A program made the translations under genes and the position numbers. Shown here piece after piece: positions 1 through 9,663 of a DNA stretch of 64,000 bases; position 1 is the first letter of the stretch, and every line of letters begins with the position of its first letter. The notes under the pieces were generated by a model, which saw nothing but the letters and a program-made list of their open reading frames with translations, had not been told where the DNA came from and did not search any database. The stretch spans positions 27,220 through 91,219 of the forward strand of contig CAYPYS010000004.1 in assembly GCA_964415355.1 (NCBI GenBank). The letters are read 5' to 3'. Origin of the DNA: an uncultured Planctomycetia bacterium. Lineage in GTDB: Bacteria > Omnitrophota > Gorgyraeia > Gorgyraeales > Gorgyraeaceae.

Positions 1-2
1 TT

Positions 3-551
3 GGTTTTTTAGGAGTAGAGGATAGCGAACCTAACGCTGTCATGCATGAACTGGCAATCAAAGGAAGAATAAAGCTTGCGTTATCTGCCGCCTGGCAACA
101 TATCCTGAACCCCGCATATATAAACAGGTCTTTATTTGAAACTTTATTTGCTTACTGGACGACCTATTTAATACGATATAATTTTATCTACCTATGGCAC
201 TATATAGGATGGGAAGAAAATCATATAATATCTATATTAAAAAATGAATATGGTTGGGAGACTGAAAAAGATACGCTACTTACCTGGAGGACTGATGACG
301 GAACTTCTCCATTTTATAATTATATATATTGTACCGTAGCTGGCTTTACAGAAAATGACGCCTTTCGCAGCAATCAGATAAGAGAAGGCATGCTTACTAG
401 AGATGAGGCATTAAGGATCATATCGGAAGAAAACAAACCGCGCCATGACTCCATAAGACGCTATCTAGCAAAAATAGGACTTAACTATAACGAGGTAATG
501 GAAAAAATCAACGCTATCCCTAAGTTGTATAAAGAATCTTCTTATGAATAA
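3..551 (+). CDS. N-acetyl sugar amidotransferase family protein, C-terminal part (5' end lies outside the window)
   Basis: The reading frame is open back to the window edge. Its C-terminal motifs (LTRDEALRIISEEN, IRRYLAKIGLNYNEVMEKI) resemble the WbuX/PseA-type PP-loop amidotransferase C-terminus. Confidence 0.5.
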   Translation, partial: GFLGVEDSEPNAVMHELAIKGRIKLALSAAWQHILNPAYINRSLFETLFAYWTTYLIRYNFIYLWHYIGWEENHIISILKNEYGWETEKDTLLTWRTDDGTSPFYNYIYCTVAGFTENDAFRSNQIREGMLTRDEALRIISEENKPRHDSIRRYLAKIGLNYNEVMEKINAIPKLYKESSYE

Positions 552-1287
552 AACGCAAACAATCTATCTTTTAATTATTTTTATCTTTATGGGTCTGATA
601 TATTTTGCTACATCTTATTTTTCTCAACCTGAAGATATGCTTAAGGTTTACGGGGATATTTTCTACGATGATTACAATGGGGGCGATATCGTAATATTTT
701 GGCGTAAAGATTTAAAAAGAGGTAAACCTGTGGATAGAAATAACCCGTATATTGTCAATGGGCTTCCTGCTAAATATAAAATTTATGTTCCAAGATCTGT
801 TGGAAGTTTTTATGTGTCTGCCCGCTGTATACCGCCTAATAGCACTACCAAAAAATATTCCACTGCATATTTTGTCTCTGACCTGATAACTATTGGTCCT
901 AAAAATGACGGGGTCCATATTGATGTCCACTTAACGACAAGGAAGATGCTGATGGATTCCTACGCAGGCGCAAAGGTAAAAATATCAGGAAGGATCATAT
1001 ATGAAAACTATAAAAAGGGACAGATCGGTATTGCTGTAGAAAGTCCGGAGAATCATAAAAAAGTTTACCTGCCTCCTGATATAGCCCGTAAATTTTACCG
1101 CCTTCCAGGGGTTTATAGCATCGAAATCCCTATTAACGCTGGAGAGGTATATGTCAAGGCTCTGAATTATCCTGACCATAAAGAAATTGCAGGAGATACG
1201 CCGGGAGTTATTTATTCTAGCTATGAATATAACCCTATAAAAGTAGAATCATCTAATATTGAAAATATAGATATTACTCTAAAATAA
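544..1287 (+). CDS. secreted or membrane-anchored protein with two tandem beta-sandwich-like repeats (family A, member 1)
   Basis: It has an N-terminal hydrophobic anchor. It is a paralogue of the ORFs at 3782 and 6901, sharing motifs YDDY..G and ISGR/KISG...GxYxxxxP...V.xKALN that resemble CarboxypepD_reg/Cna-B-like folds. Confidence 0.55.
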   Translation: MNKTQTIYLLIIFIFMGLIYFATSYFSQPEDMLKVYGDIFYDDYNGGDIVIFWRKDLKRGKPVDRNNPYIVNGLPAKYKIYVPRSVGSFYVSARCIPPNSTTKKYSTAYFVSDLITIGPKNDGVHIDVHLTTRKMLMDSYAGAKVKISGRIIYENYKKGQIGIAVESPENHKKVYLPPDIARKFYRLPGVYSIEIPINAGEVYVKALNYPDHKEIAGDTPGVIYSSYEYNPIKVESSNIENIDITLK

Positions 1288-1333
1288 TGGCTAATTTATC
1301 AAAAATCAACAACATATCCCCCCGCGCATACCA

Positions 1334-2689
1334 ATGAAGGCAATATCCTTGAGACAAAAAATAGCCTTAATTCTATTCGGCCTGTATAGCTCCGTAATCC
1401 TTCTCGAACTAGGTCTGCGACTAGGGGGATTTCTATGCTTATCTTTACAAGAATATAGAAACAAGGTCTCCTTAACACAAGCTGGAACATACCGCATAAT
1501 GTGTTTAGGCGAATCTACCACTGCGGTTGGAAAAGAATATTCTTATCCCAGTCAGCTCGAAAATATTTTAAATCAGAGGAACATCGGCATAAAATTTGCG
1601 GTGATAAACAAGGGATTGAGCGGAACAACCACGGGAAGCATAGTATCGCACCTAGAAGATAATCTTAAAAAATATAGCCCTGATATGGTCATTACGATGA
1701 TGGGTATAAACGACGGCAGGCATATGCACGCAGACCGCGAGATAAACAATATGAAATATGAAAATCTTGATACCAAGAAAGTTTTATTGATATTCAGATC
1801 ATCAAGATTATACAAACTAATAAAACTCATCCAGCTTAACATTATACATAAATTAGGAGAAAAAAAAGGGACTGTTCCCCCAGAAGAGATTAAGTTAAAA
1901 AATCTTATAAATTACAAACAGGCAGAAAAAATGTATACGGAGATTATAGCAACGGATCCCGAAAACGACAGAGCGTGTTTCGAATTAGCGCAACTTTATA
2001 TGGATGATGAAAGATATGAAAAGGCCAGGGAGATGTGCGAAAGGGCCATAGAGATAAATCCTCGCAACGATTGGGCCTATTTAGTATTAGGGATCTGCTC
2101 TAAGAAAAAAATTCCGCATGAGGAAACGGCAAAGCTATTCAGAAAAACTTTGGAAATAAATTCAAGTAACTATAGGGCATATATTGAATTAGGGCTGTTG
2201 CATAAGGCTACTGGAGAATATTATAAATGCGAAGAGGTATTTAAAAAAGCTATAAAAATAAGGCCATGGGATGAATTTGCTTATGCAGCATTAATACAAT
2301 GCTATGAGGACCAAGGAAAACATAAGCTAGCCAAAGAATATTCTGGTCTGTTAGATATATTAGGATACGAGTATTATAATCCTGTAACCCACTATAATTA
2401 TCGCAAGCTTAAAGATATAGTAACCCACCACGGAATAAAGCTTGTGTGTGTACAATATCCGGTCCGTAGTTTAGAGTCTTTAAAAAAACTACTAGAACCA
2501 TATGAAAATATTATTTTCGTAGATAATGAAAAGATATTTAAAAATGCGATCAAAAAATCAAGCTACGATGAATATTTTATAGATATATTCGGAGGCAATT
2601 TTGGACATTGTACGCCCAAGGGGGATAGGCTTTTAGCCGAAAATATTGCAAATGCTATCTGTGAAGAAGTAGCCTTCATGAATGAATAA
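1334..2689 (+). CDS. SGNH/GDSL-like hydrolase with inserted TPR repeat array, N-terminal TM anchor
   Basis: SGNH-like blocks are visible (GESTT near the N-terminus, GINDG, C-terminal FGHCTPKGDRLLAEN). The central region has TPR-like helical repeats (AEKMYTEIIATDPENDRACFELAQLY...). Confidence 0.45.
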   Translation: MKAISLRQKIALILFGLYSSVILLELGLRLGGFLCLSLQEYRNKVSLTQAGTYRIMCLGESTTAVGKEYSYPSQLENILNQRNIGIKFAVINKGLSGTTTGSIVSHLEDNLKKYSPDMVITMMGINDGRHMHADREINNMKYENLDTKKVLLIFRSSRLYKLIKLIQLNIIHKLGEKKGTVPPEEIKLKNLINYKQAEKMYTEIIATDPENDRACFELAQLYMDDERYEKAREMCERAIEINPRNDWAYLVLGICSKKKIPHEETAKLFRKTLEINSSNYRAYIELGLLHKATGEYYKCEEVFKKAIKIRPWDEFAYAALIQCYEDQGKHKLAKEYSGLLDILGYEYYNPVTHYNYRKLKDIVTHHGIKLVCVQYPVRSLESLKKLLEPYENIIFVDNEKIFKNAIKKSSYDEYFIDIFGGNFGHCTPKGDRLLAENIANAICEEVAFMNE

Positions 2690-2771
2690 ATTTATTACAT
2701 TGCATAGCGATTTGGCGGTTGATACAATATAGGTAAGCTACAAATAGGAATAGAAAATTAAAAATTTAAGC

Positions 2772-3785
2772 ATGCTGGCAGATATAAACTTTATCTTATT
2801 CTTTATAGCCGTAACTCTGGCTGTAATTTTACTCGCGTTTCATTCCTATCTGACAAATGGTAAGCGGGTAACCTTCACCTTCTTCCTGTTTGCTTTCATC
2901 TGGGCTTTTATGAAAGAAAGCGCCCTGCCATTTTCTCCGATGTCTCCTTATGAATTTCTATTAGAAAATATTTCCATGACCCTGGTAATATTCACGGTTA
3001 TCTTTGGCTGGTTATTTACATTTTATATAAGCTGGCGTATAGCTGACAATATACTTGAAAGAATAGTATTTTTTAAAAAAAGTCTCTTTATGACATTGCT
3101 ATTGGGCATGTGGATTACAGCATCCATATCTTACGCGGTTGAATCAACGGGTATACATACTGATTGGTGGAAATGGAAAATAGACTGTTTAAAATTCTCA
3201 GATTTTCTCGTGCCAGCCTACAGCTATAATGCAGCGGGAGGTTGGATAGATTTTTTTATATATTTTATGTTAGCCTATTTTTTGATAGAGTGCTCAAAAT
3301 ATAAGACTGCCGCATGGAAATCTATATTCTTTTTAATGCCAGTGGCCTTTGTATTATTCTTGAGGGACGTTATCATGGCCAGAATGCTTGTGATTACCGC
3401 TGTAATTGTACTGGCTTTCTTAAATCCTCTGAAGTTATCCTATGAAAAAAATAAGACGAAAACCCTTGCCAAGTACTCGAGTATGATAGATTATCTGCCA
3501 CTAGCAATGACGGTTTTTATGATATTAATTATTGGACTTATAGACATCCTAGTAATAAAACAACCTTTGTTGCTTTTTTCTAAACTACCGATTGCATTTT
3601 GCGTCCTTTTTGCGATAAAAGAAATACCGTTTGTCGCCTTGGTTATATTATCCATTATTCTGCTTGCCCTTGGGGGCAAACTGGTTATTCCGGCTCTCAT
3701 TTTAACAATCTTTATTCTGTTATTAAAAATAATGGATTGGCTGCAAGTCCAGAAAAACAATCTATACGCTAAAATAATAAAGTGA
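2772..3785 (+). CDS. polytopic membrane protein, unknown family B (member 1 of 5)
   Basis: About 10 hydrophobic segments. Conserved motifs HSYxxxGxRxTFxFFLF, ATxxxxxWWxW, YFLIECSKYK, IFFLMP are shared with the ORFs at 23426, 24481, 25500 and 26498. Confidence 0.6.
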   Translation: MLADINFILFFIAVTLAVILLAFHSYLTNGKRVTFTFFLFAFIWAFMKESALPFSPMSPYEFLLENISMTLVIFTVIFGWLFTFYISWRIADNILERIVFFKKSLFMTLLLGMWITASISYAVESTGIHTDWWKWKIDCLKFSDFLVPAYSYNAAGGWIDFFIYFMLAYFLIECSKYKTAAWKSIFFLMPVAFVLFLRDVIMARMLVITAVIVLAFLNPLKLSYEKNKTKTLAKYSSMIDYLPLAMTVFMILIIGLIDILVIKQPLLLFSKLPIAFCVLFAIKEIPFVALVILSIILLALGGKLVIPALILTIFILLLKIMDWLQVQKNNLYAKIIK

Positions 3786-4246
3786 AAAATTTGTATATTC
3801 TTAAGCTAAAGTTACGTTTTATAAAAATTTTTTATACTATGTGCGTGTCTTTTTTAATTATCCTTTCACATTTCATATTGAGTCCGTATAATATTTTTAC
3901 ATTTTTAAGGTACGGCAGAGAAAAAATAACGATATCTGGAAAAGTCGTTTTTGACAACTACGCAAACGGTATAATAAAGATCGGAGCCTGGAGCAATGCG
4001 CTTAACAAAAGACAACCTATGCATCCGCCTGATATATCAAGAACAAAGATATTTAAACCCGGTTCGTTTCAACTCCCTGTCCCCAAGGATAGCGGGTTAA
4101 TCTACCTGTATGCTGTAAGCATGCCCAGGGAATTGCCTTTTTGGATAAGAGATCACCGACATAATTACCCTTTTGGTAGCTATAAAAATAACCCCTTGGA
4201 AGTCAAGGCATCTGATATAAAAGGGGTGCTTGTTGTAATAAAATAA
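3782..4246 (+). CDS. secreted single-repeat protein (family A, member 2)
   Basis: N-terminal hydrophobic segment. The ISGKVVFDNYANGIIKIGAW...GSFQLPVPKDSGLIYLYAV block is homologous to the repeats in the ORFs at 544 and 6901. Confidence 0.5.
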   Translation: MKNLYILKLKLRFIKIFYTMCVSFLIILSHFILSPYNIFTFLRYGREKITISGKVVFDNYANGIIKIGAWSNALNKRQPMHPPDISRTKIFKPGSFQLPVPKDSGLIYLYAVSMPRELPFWIRDHRHNYPFGSYKNNPLEVKASDIKGVLVVIK

Positions 4247-4257
4247 GGGAGATTTCA

Positions 4258-5439
4258 TTGAAACTATCAGTGCCTTTCAATGGCCAAAACGATCTTATAT
4301 CTAGGCTGAAAAAATATCCGGAGGTCACAGAACTCTATAGTAAATTAGCTTCTGATTTTATCGGAGGAGGAAAACATTCCTTCCAAATACCTTCTATATC
4401 CAAGAAAAAATTGGCCTGCAATATCAAGCAGGCTCATGAATACAAATTAAAATTTAACTATCTTTTAAACGCCAGCTGCCTCAATAACATGGAATGGACT
4501 ATTGCTGGCCAAAAAAAAATAACCCGACTCATCGAGTGGCTTGCCGGATTAAAAGTAGACGCGCTTACTGTGGCAACGCCCTACCTCTTGGAATTAATCA
4601 AAAAACGGTACCCTATGTTTAAAGTATGCGTCTCTGATTTAGCATATGTCAATTCCCTACAAAGGGCAAAACACTGGGAAAATTTAGGGGCGGATCGTAT
4701 CACCCTTTTTAACATCGATCTGAACAGGAATTTTACCCTACTTGAAGATATAAGAAAAAACATCAAGTGCGAATTAAAGCTCATTTTAAACGTAAATTGT
4801 CTATACGGGTGTCCTTTTTATATGTATCATGCAAACCTATCTTCCCATGCCTCTCAGTCCGAACATATTCTGAAAGGCTTTGTCATCGACTATTGCCGTA
4901 TAAAGTGTAGATATCAACAGATTATAGATCCAGTGGATTTTATACGAAGCACCTGGATAAGACCGGAGGATGTTGGCCATTATGAAAAAATAGGCATAGA
5001 CTTTTTTAAAATAATAGACCGTGGCATGACTACCCAAACGATAGCGTCCATAGTGAAAGCTTATATCAACAGAAACCACAGCGGCAACTTATTAGACCTA
5101 TTTCCTGATCCTTCAAAGAGCGTAATGTTTGCAAAAAAGGGACTGTCCACAAAAATTAAATATTTCCTGCGGCCGCTTACGGTTAATGTATTTAGATTGA
5201 GAAAATTTGCGAATCTATTCACAAATGCTATCTATATCGACAATAAAAAATTGGATGGTTTTATAGAAAATCTGAAAGATCAAAAATGCGGCAGGCAATC
5301 ATGCGAAGAATGCCAATATTGCCACGAGATGAGCAAAAAGGCGGTCTATATAAACGAAAAGGCCTGTAAAAAAATAAAAAAGCACTACGAAGCCTGTTTA
5401 AAAGACATTGTTTCAGGAAAGCTCTTCAGGTATTTCTAG
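4258..5439 (+). CDS. U32-family (UbiV/UbiU/RlhA-like) protein with Cys-rich C-terminus
   Basis: Probable TTG start. Motifs VTELY....GGG and AHEYKLKFNYLLNA resemble U32 TIM-barrel proteins. A C-terminal CGRQSCEECQYC cluster is present. Confidence 0.5.
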   Translation: MKLSVPFNGQNDLISRLKKYPEVTELYSKLASDFIGGGKHSFQIPSISKKKLACNIKQAHEYKLKFNYLLNASCLNNMEWTIAGQKKITRLIEWLAGLKVDALTVATPYLLELIKKRYPMFKVCVSDLAYVNSLQRAKHWENLGADRITLFNIDLNRNFTLLEDIRKNIKCELKLILNVNCLYGCPFYMYHANLSSHASQSEHILKGFVIDYCRIKCRYQQIIDPVDFIRSTWIRPEDVGHYEKIGIDFFKIIDRGMTTQTIASIVKAYINRNHSGNLLDLFPDPSKSVMFAKKGLSTKIKYFLRPLTVNVFRLRKFANLFTNAIYIDNKKLDGFIENLKDQKCGRQSCEECQYCHEMSKKAVYINEKACKKIKKHYEACLKDIVSGKLFRYF

Positions 5440-5453
5440 ATAAAATAAACTTT

Positions 5454-6923
5454 ATGAAAGTAATTTTAATAAATCCATTATCTGAATTGGCAGAAACAAG
5501 CGACGCTTATTATCATTCTGTTTCTCCGCTTCCACCTTTGGGGCTAGCCTATCTGTCTTCGGCTTTAAAAAATAACGGTTTCGAGGTCTCAGTAGAAGAC
5601 CAATACGCTAGCAGGTTGAGCAATGAGAGACTTATAAAAAAAATAAAAAATGCGTCCCCGCAAGTCGTAGGATTTTCCTGTCTCACAACAGCTATGGATA
5701 ATATAACAAGGTTTGCCAAAAAAATAAAAGCGTCTGATATAAAGACAAAGATCATTTTGGGAAATATCCACCCTACGATTTTCCCGGAGGAAACACTAAA
5801 AAGAGGAATAGCTGATATCGTCGTAAGGGGCGAAGGCGAGCAGACATTGACAGAGGCCATTGTCTCTCTGGATAAAGGGTATGACCTGGCTAATGTAAAG
5901 GGAATCAGTTATATCCGCAATGAGAAGATCATGCATAATCCTGACAGAGAAATTATTGAAGATTTAGACATGCTTTCGTATCCCGACTGGCATTCCCTGG
6001 ACTTAAGGAATTACAAAAACTACCCGCAATTGGGCATCTATAATAGGCTTGTTCTGCCTGTGCAGGCATCAAGGGGGTGCGCTTACGACTGCCTGTTTTG
6101 CTCACAAGATAAGATTTATAAAAAACCACGGTATAGAAATATAAAAAATGTAGTTAATGAAATAGAATATTACTATAAAGAATTCAAAATAGACTATATA
6201 GGTTTTAATGATGCCTATTTTCCTTTTTCGAAAACTTCCTGCTTAGAATTCTGCGATGAAATAATTCGGCGCAAACTGCATAAGAAGATAAAATGGTTCA
6301 CCGAAACACGGGTGGACATGGTTGATGTAGAATCTATCCGGCGTATGAAAGAAGCGGGTCTTTATTTAATTATGTATGGATTTGAAACAGGGAACCAAAA
6401 GGTTCTTGATGCTACAGGTAAAAAAACCACACTAATCCAAGCGAGAAAGGCCATAGAATACACCCGTAGATTTAAAATTCGCACTATGGGCCTATTTATG
6501 CTTGGGTTGCCTGCCGATACAAAAGATACATGCCGTGAAACTATTGGATTTGCCAAGGAACTTGATCCTGATATATGTAAGTTTAATATAGCTGTTCCAT
6601 ACCCGGGCTCTAAATTCTTTGATGAGCAGGATATTAAACTGAACAACATTTATAACGAAACCAATAGATACACAAGCTGGTCTGATTGGTCTTCCTATGA
6701 TGGCGAAATAATCTATAACCCGCCTTCGATGACTAAAAAGGAATTGCTAAATTTGCAAAGAAAAGGCATGTTTAGTTTTTATATGCGGCCCAAGATTATC
6801 TTAAGGTCACTTATTAAAAGAATCTTTTCTTTTCCTGATCTTTGGCATGGCGCTTGTCTTTTATTTAGAAACTATTTAAAAACACTGAAAGGAGGGAGAA
6901 ATGCAAAAAAATATCTTTCTTGA
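5454..6923 (+). CDS. B12-binding domain radical SAM protein (class B)
   Basis: N-terminal VILINP...PPLGLAYLSSAL Rossmann-like B12-binding region. Radical SAM cluster motif SRGCAYDCLFC. Confidence 0.85.
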   Translation: MKVILINPLSELAETSDAYYHSVSPLPPLGLAYLSSALKNNGFEVSVEDQYASRLSNERLIKKIKNASPQVVGFSCLTTAMDNITRFAKKIKASDIKTKIILGNIHPTIFPEETLKRGIADIVVRGEGEQTLTEAIVSLDKGYDLANVKGISYIRNEKIMHNPDREIIEDLDMLSYPDWHSLDLRNYKNYPQLGIYNRLVLPVQASRGCAYDCLFCSQDKIYKKPRYRNIKNVVNEIEYYYKEFKIDYIGFNDAYFPFSKTSCLEFCDEIIRRKLHKKIKWFTETRVDMVDVESIRRMKEAGLYLIMYGFETGNQKVLDATGKKTTLIQARKAIEYTRRFKIRTMGLFMLGLPADTKDTCRETIGFAKELDPDICKFNIAVPYPGSKFFDEQDIKLNNIYNETNRYTSWSDWSSYDGEIIYNPPSMTKKELLNLQRKGMFSFYMRPKIILRSLIKRIFSFPDLWHGACLLFRNYLKTLKGGRNAKKYLS

Positions 6924-7677
6924 TGCGCTTATCACTATAACAATTATTTTTATGAGCATCCAATTGTTTAATGCAAACATCGCTTGGTCTAAGCCAGTTC
7001 CTTCTGAAATCGCTGACAGCAAGACAATCACAGTCAAAGGCAGGATATACTATGATGATTATGATGAGCATAGAGGGGGATACATAATACTATATTGGGA
7101 GAGAATAGTGGGTCGTAGACCCATAGAGGAGAGCCAAGAGGGGGACCAGAAAAAGCCAATGGCAGGGCAGGACCAACCATTGGAAATAATAATCTTGACT
7201 GAACCAGGGGACTTTTCAATAGAAATCCCTAAAAATATGGGCATGGCATATCTAAGTGCCAAGTATCTAATAGATGAGGATTCCCCTGCAGAAGCTAGCG
7301 CTACTCATGAGATAATAGTAGGTTCAGACAACATGATAGTAGATCTACGGTTGGAAGAATGCAAAGAAATTGAATTTTATAAAGGACCCACGATAAAAAT
7401 TAGCGGCGAAGTTATCGTAAAGGATTATGAAATGGGCATTATACGCGTAGCATGCCCTGGCCTGGAGTTTCCAATCAAGCCTACAGATCTATTTGGCCCA
7501 GGGAAATATTCGCTAGAAGTACCTGTAGGAATTGGAAATGTAACGATTAAAGCTCTGAACATACCTGAGGATGATCCTGGTGAAGCAACCGGCGGTATGC
7601 CAGGTACACGCATAGGAACATATGATATATATGTAGAGACATATGATATCGACGGTGTAGATATCATGATAGAATAA
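6901..7677 (+). CDS. secreted protein with two tandem beta-sandwich-like repeats (family A, member 3)
   Basis: Signal/anchor, then VKGRIYYDDYDEHRGGYIILYW and ISGEVIVKDYEMGIIRVAC...GNVTIKALNIPEDDPGE. Clearly homologous to the ORF at 544. Confidence 0.6.
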   Translation: MQKNIFLDALITITIIFMSIQLFNANIAWSKPVPSEIADSKTITVKGRIYYDDYDEHRGGYIILYWERIVGRRPIEESQEGDQKKPMAGQDQPLEIIILTEPGDFSIEIPKNMGMAYLSAKYLIDEDSPAEASATHEIIVGSDNMIVDLRLEECKEIEFYKGPTIKISGEVIVKDYEMGIIRVACPGLEFPIKPTDLFGPGKYSLEVPVGIGNVTIKALNIPEDDPGEATGGMPGTRIGTYDIYVETYDIDGVDIMIE

Positions 7678-7705
7678 AACTAGAATTTAAAAAGGCTGCC
7701 AATAT

Positions 7706-9628
7706 ATGTGTGGGATTGCGGGTATATTATCGTTGGGGTCCTCTCTTCATAATAAAGATATTGAAGAAGCAAAAAATATGACAGAGATGCTTAAGCACAG
7801 AGGACCCGATAGTTCTGATATTTTCAAAGACCAAAAATGCATCCTAGGCAACACGCGGTTAAAAATTATTGATCTATCTGACAACGCCCGCTTACCTATG
7901 TCCAACGAAAACCAAAGCATATGGTTAAACTATAATGGCGAGGTCACTAATTTTAAAGACTTGAAAGAAGAATTCCGTCTGGAGCAAACACATAAATTTC
8001 GCTCAACTTCTGACGCCGAAGTCTTAATCCATTTATACGAGGAGCTTGGTATAAATTTTTTAAAATATCTAACCGGGATGTTTGCATTTTGTCTTTATGA
8101 TAAAAATATCGGGAAGGCCTATCTTGTAAGGGATTTTTACGGAATAAGGCCTTTGTTTTATTTAATTAATAAAAATAAATTCTATTTTGCGTCTGAAATA
8201 AAATCATTTTTAGACCTTTCCTGCTTTAATAACAAGATAGATCATGAAGCTATTTATCATTTTCTTTCTCTAGCATATATACCTGGTAAATTAACTCCGT
8301 TTGAAGATATACATGAAATAGAAGGCGGACATCTGTTAGAAATAGATCTAATAAAAGGGGCCTTTGAAGAAAAAGAATATTATAAAATTGATTATACGCC
8401 TGATTACTCTTTTTCAGAAGAGGCTACCGCTAAAAAATTACATGAAATCTTATTGGACTCTGTCTATAGAAATCTGATATCGGATAGACCAGTAGGATTG
8501 ACGCTCTCAGGCGGGTTTGATACAAGCACGCTTCTTAGTTTGACTAAAGAACTAGGGAAAAGTCAGGATATACATACATATTCTATCAAAATGGGCGAGT
8601 CAAGCTTTGACGAGTCGCACTATCAAAGATTAATGGTTGATTTTGCGAAACCAATACATCATGAAATCGCTGTAAATCCTCAGGATGTATTAGAAGACCT
8701 TGTAAGGCATATGGCTTACATGGATGAACCAAGTGGAGACGGCGCAGCCATCCCTTCTTTTATCTTGGCCAAAGAAGCAAAAAAACATGTCTCAGTTCTT
8801 CTCTCTGGCGAAGGAGGGGACGAGGTCTTTAATGCCTATGAAACGCACATGGCATATAAAATGCGCAAATATTATATCAAACATACAGCCCCCTGGCTAA
8901 GAAATGCAATCAAGGCATTTGCCGACAAACTACCTATTTCCTATAAAAAACTGAGCATTGACTTTCTTATGAAGCGTTTTACGGCCGGCTCGGAAAAGAA
9001 CATTCCGGAAGCGCATTTTTTTTGGCGACATGTGCTTTCTGAAGAAGAGAAAAAAAAATTAATGCCCAATTATTCTAATTTTAAAAAAACTGATTCTTTC
9101 TTTACGGAATTATTTGATTACTTAAGATTTGATGATGATTTAAACAAATTGTCTCTAATCGATATTAAATATTATTTTGTCGGTGACCTAATGGTGAAAA
9201 ATGACAGGACAATAATGGCACATTCTGTTGAAGCTAGATTCCCTTATATGGATAGATATGTTGTGGAATATGCCAGCAGGATTCCAACCAATATGAAGAT
9301 AAAAGGATTTAAGGGGAGGTATATACAGAAATTAGCCATGAAGAACCGTTTGCCTAAACAGATATTCTATAGAAAGAATATGGGATTAGAAATGCCTCAT
9401 TCGATATGGTTTCTCAATGAATTCAAGGATGTGGCTGAAAAATACTTTTCCAAAAAAAATGTAGAAAAGATCGGGGTCTTAGATCATGCAATAATAAAGT
9501 CTCTCTGGGAAGAGCACCTTGGTTTCCGGAGAGATAATGGACGGGCGCTATGGTGTATACTCAACCTCTTGATATGGTTTGATCTATTTATTCACAAAAG
9601 AGACTATAAAAAATATCTAACTCATTAA
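7706..9628 (+). CDS. asparagine synthetase (glutamine-hydrolysing) family amidotransferase, copy 1
   Basis: MCGIAGIL N-terminal nucleophile Cys. PP-loop LSGGFDTSTLL. Length 640 aa. Confidence 0.85.
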   Translation: MCGIAGILSLGSSLHNKDIEEAKNMTEMLKHRGPDSSDIFKDQKCILGNTRLKIIDLSDNARLPMSNENQSIWLNYNGEVTNFKDLKEEFRLEQTHKFRSTSDAEVLIHLYEELGINFLKYLTGMFAFCLYDKNIGKAYLVRDFYGIRPLFYLINKNKFYFASEIKSFLDLSCFNNKIDHEAIYHFLSLAYIPGKLTPFEDIHEIEGGHLLEIDLIKGAFEEKEYYKIDYTPDYSFSEEATAKKLHEILLDSVYRNLISDRPVGLTLSGGFDTSTLLSLTKELGKSQDIHTYSIKMGESSFDESHYQRLMVDFAKPIHHEIAVNPQDVLEDLVRHMAYMDEPSGDGAAIPSFILAKEAKKHVSVLLSGEGGDEVFNAYETHMAYKMRKYYIKHTAPWLRNAIKAFADKLPISYKKLSIDFLMKRFTAGSEKNIPEAHFFWRHVLSEEEKKKLMPNYSNFKKTDSFFTELFDYLRFDDDLNKLSLIDIKYYFVGDLMVKNDRTIMAHSVEARFPYMDRYVVEYASRIPTNMKIKGFKGRYIQKLAMKNRLPKQIFYRKNMGLEMPHSIWFLNEFKDVAEKYFSKKNVEKIGVLDHAIIKSLWEEHLGFRRDNGRALWCILNLLIWFDLFIHKRDYKKYLTH

Positions 9629-9663
9629 AATATACGGAACTATCTTATTTCTATAGTCTTGGA

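Noticed and set aside
9629-9663. Possible bidirectional terminator between the convergent AsnB and radical SAM genes
   Set aside because: Only 35 nt, and no convincing stem-loop or T-run could be read from the sequence.
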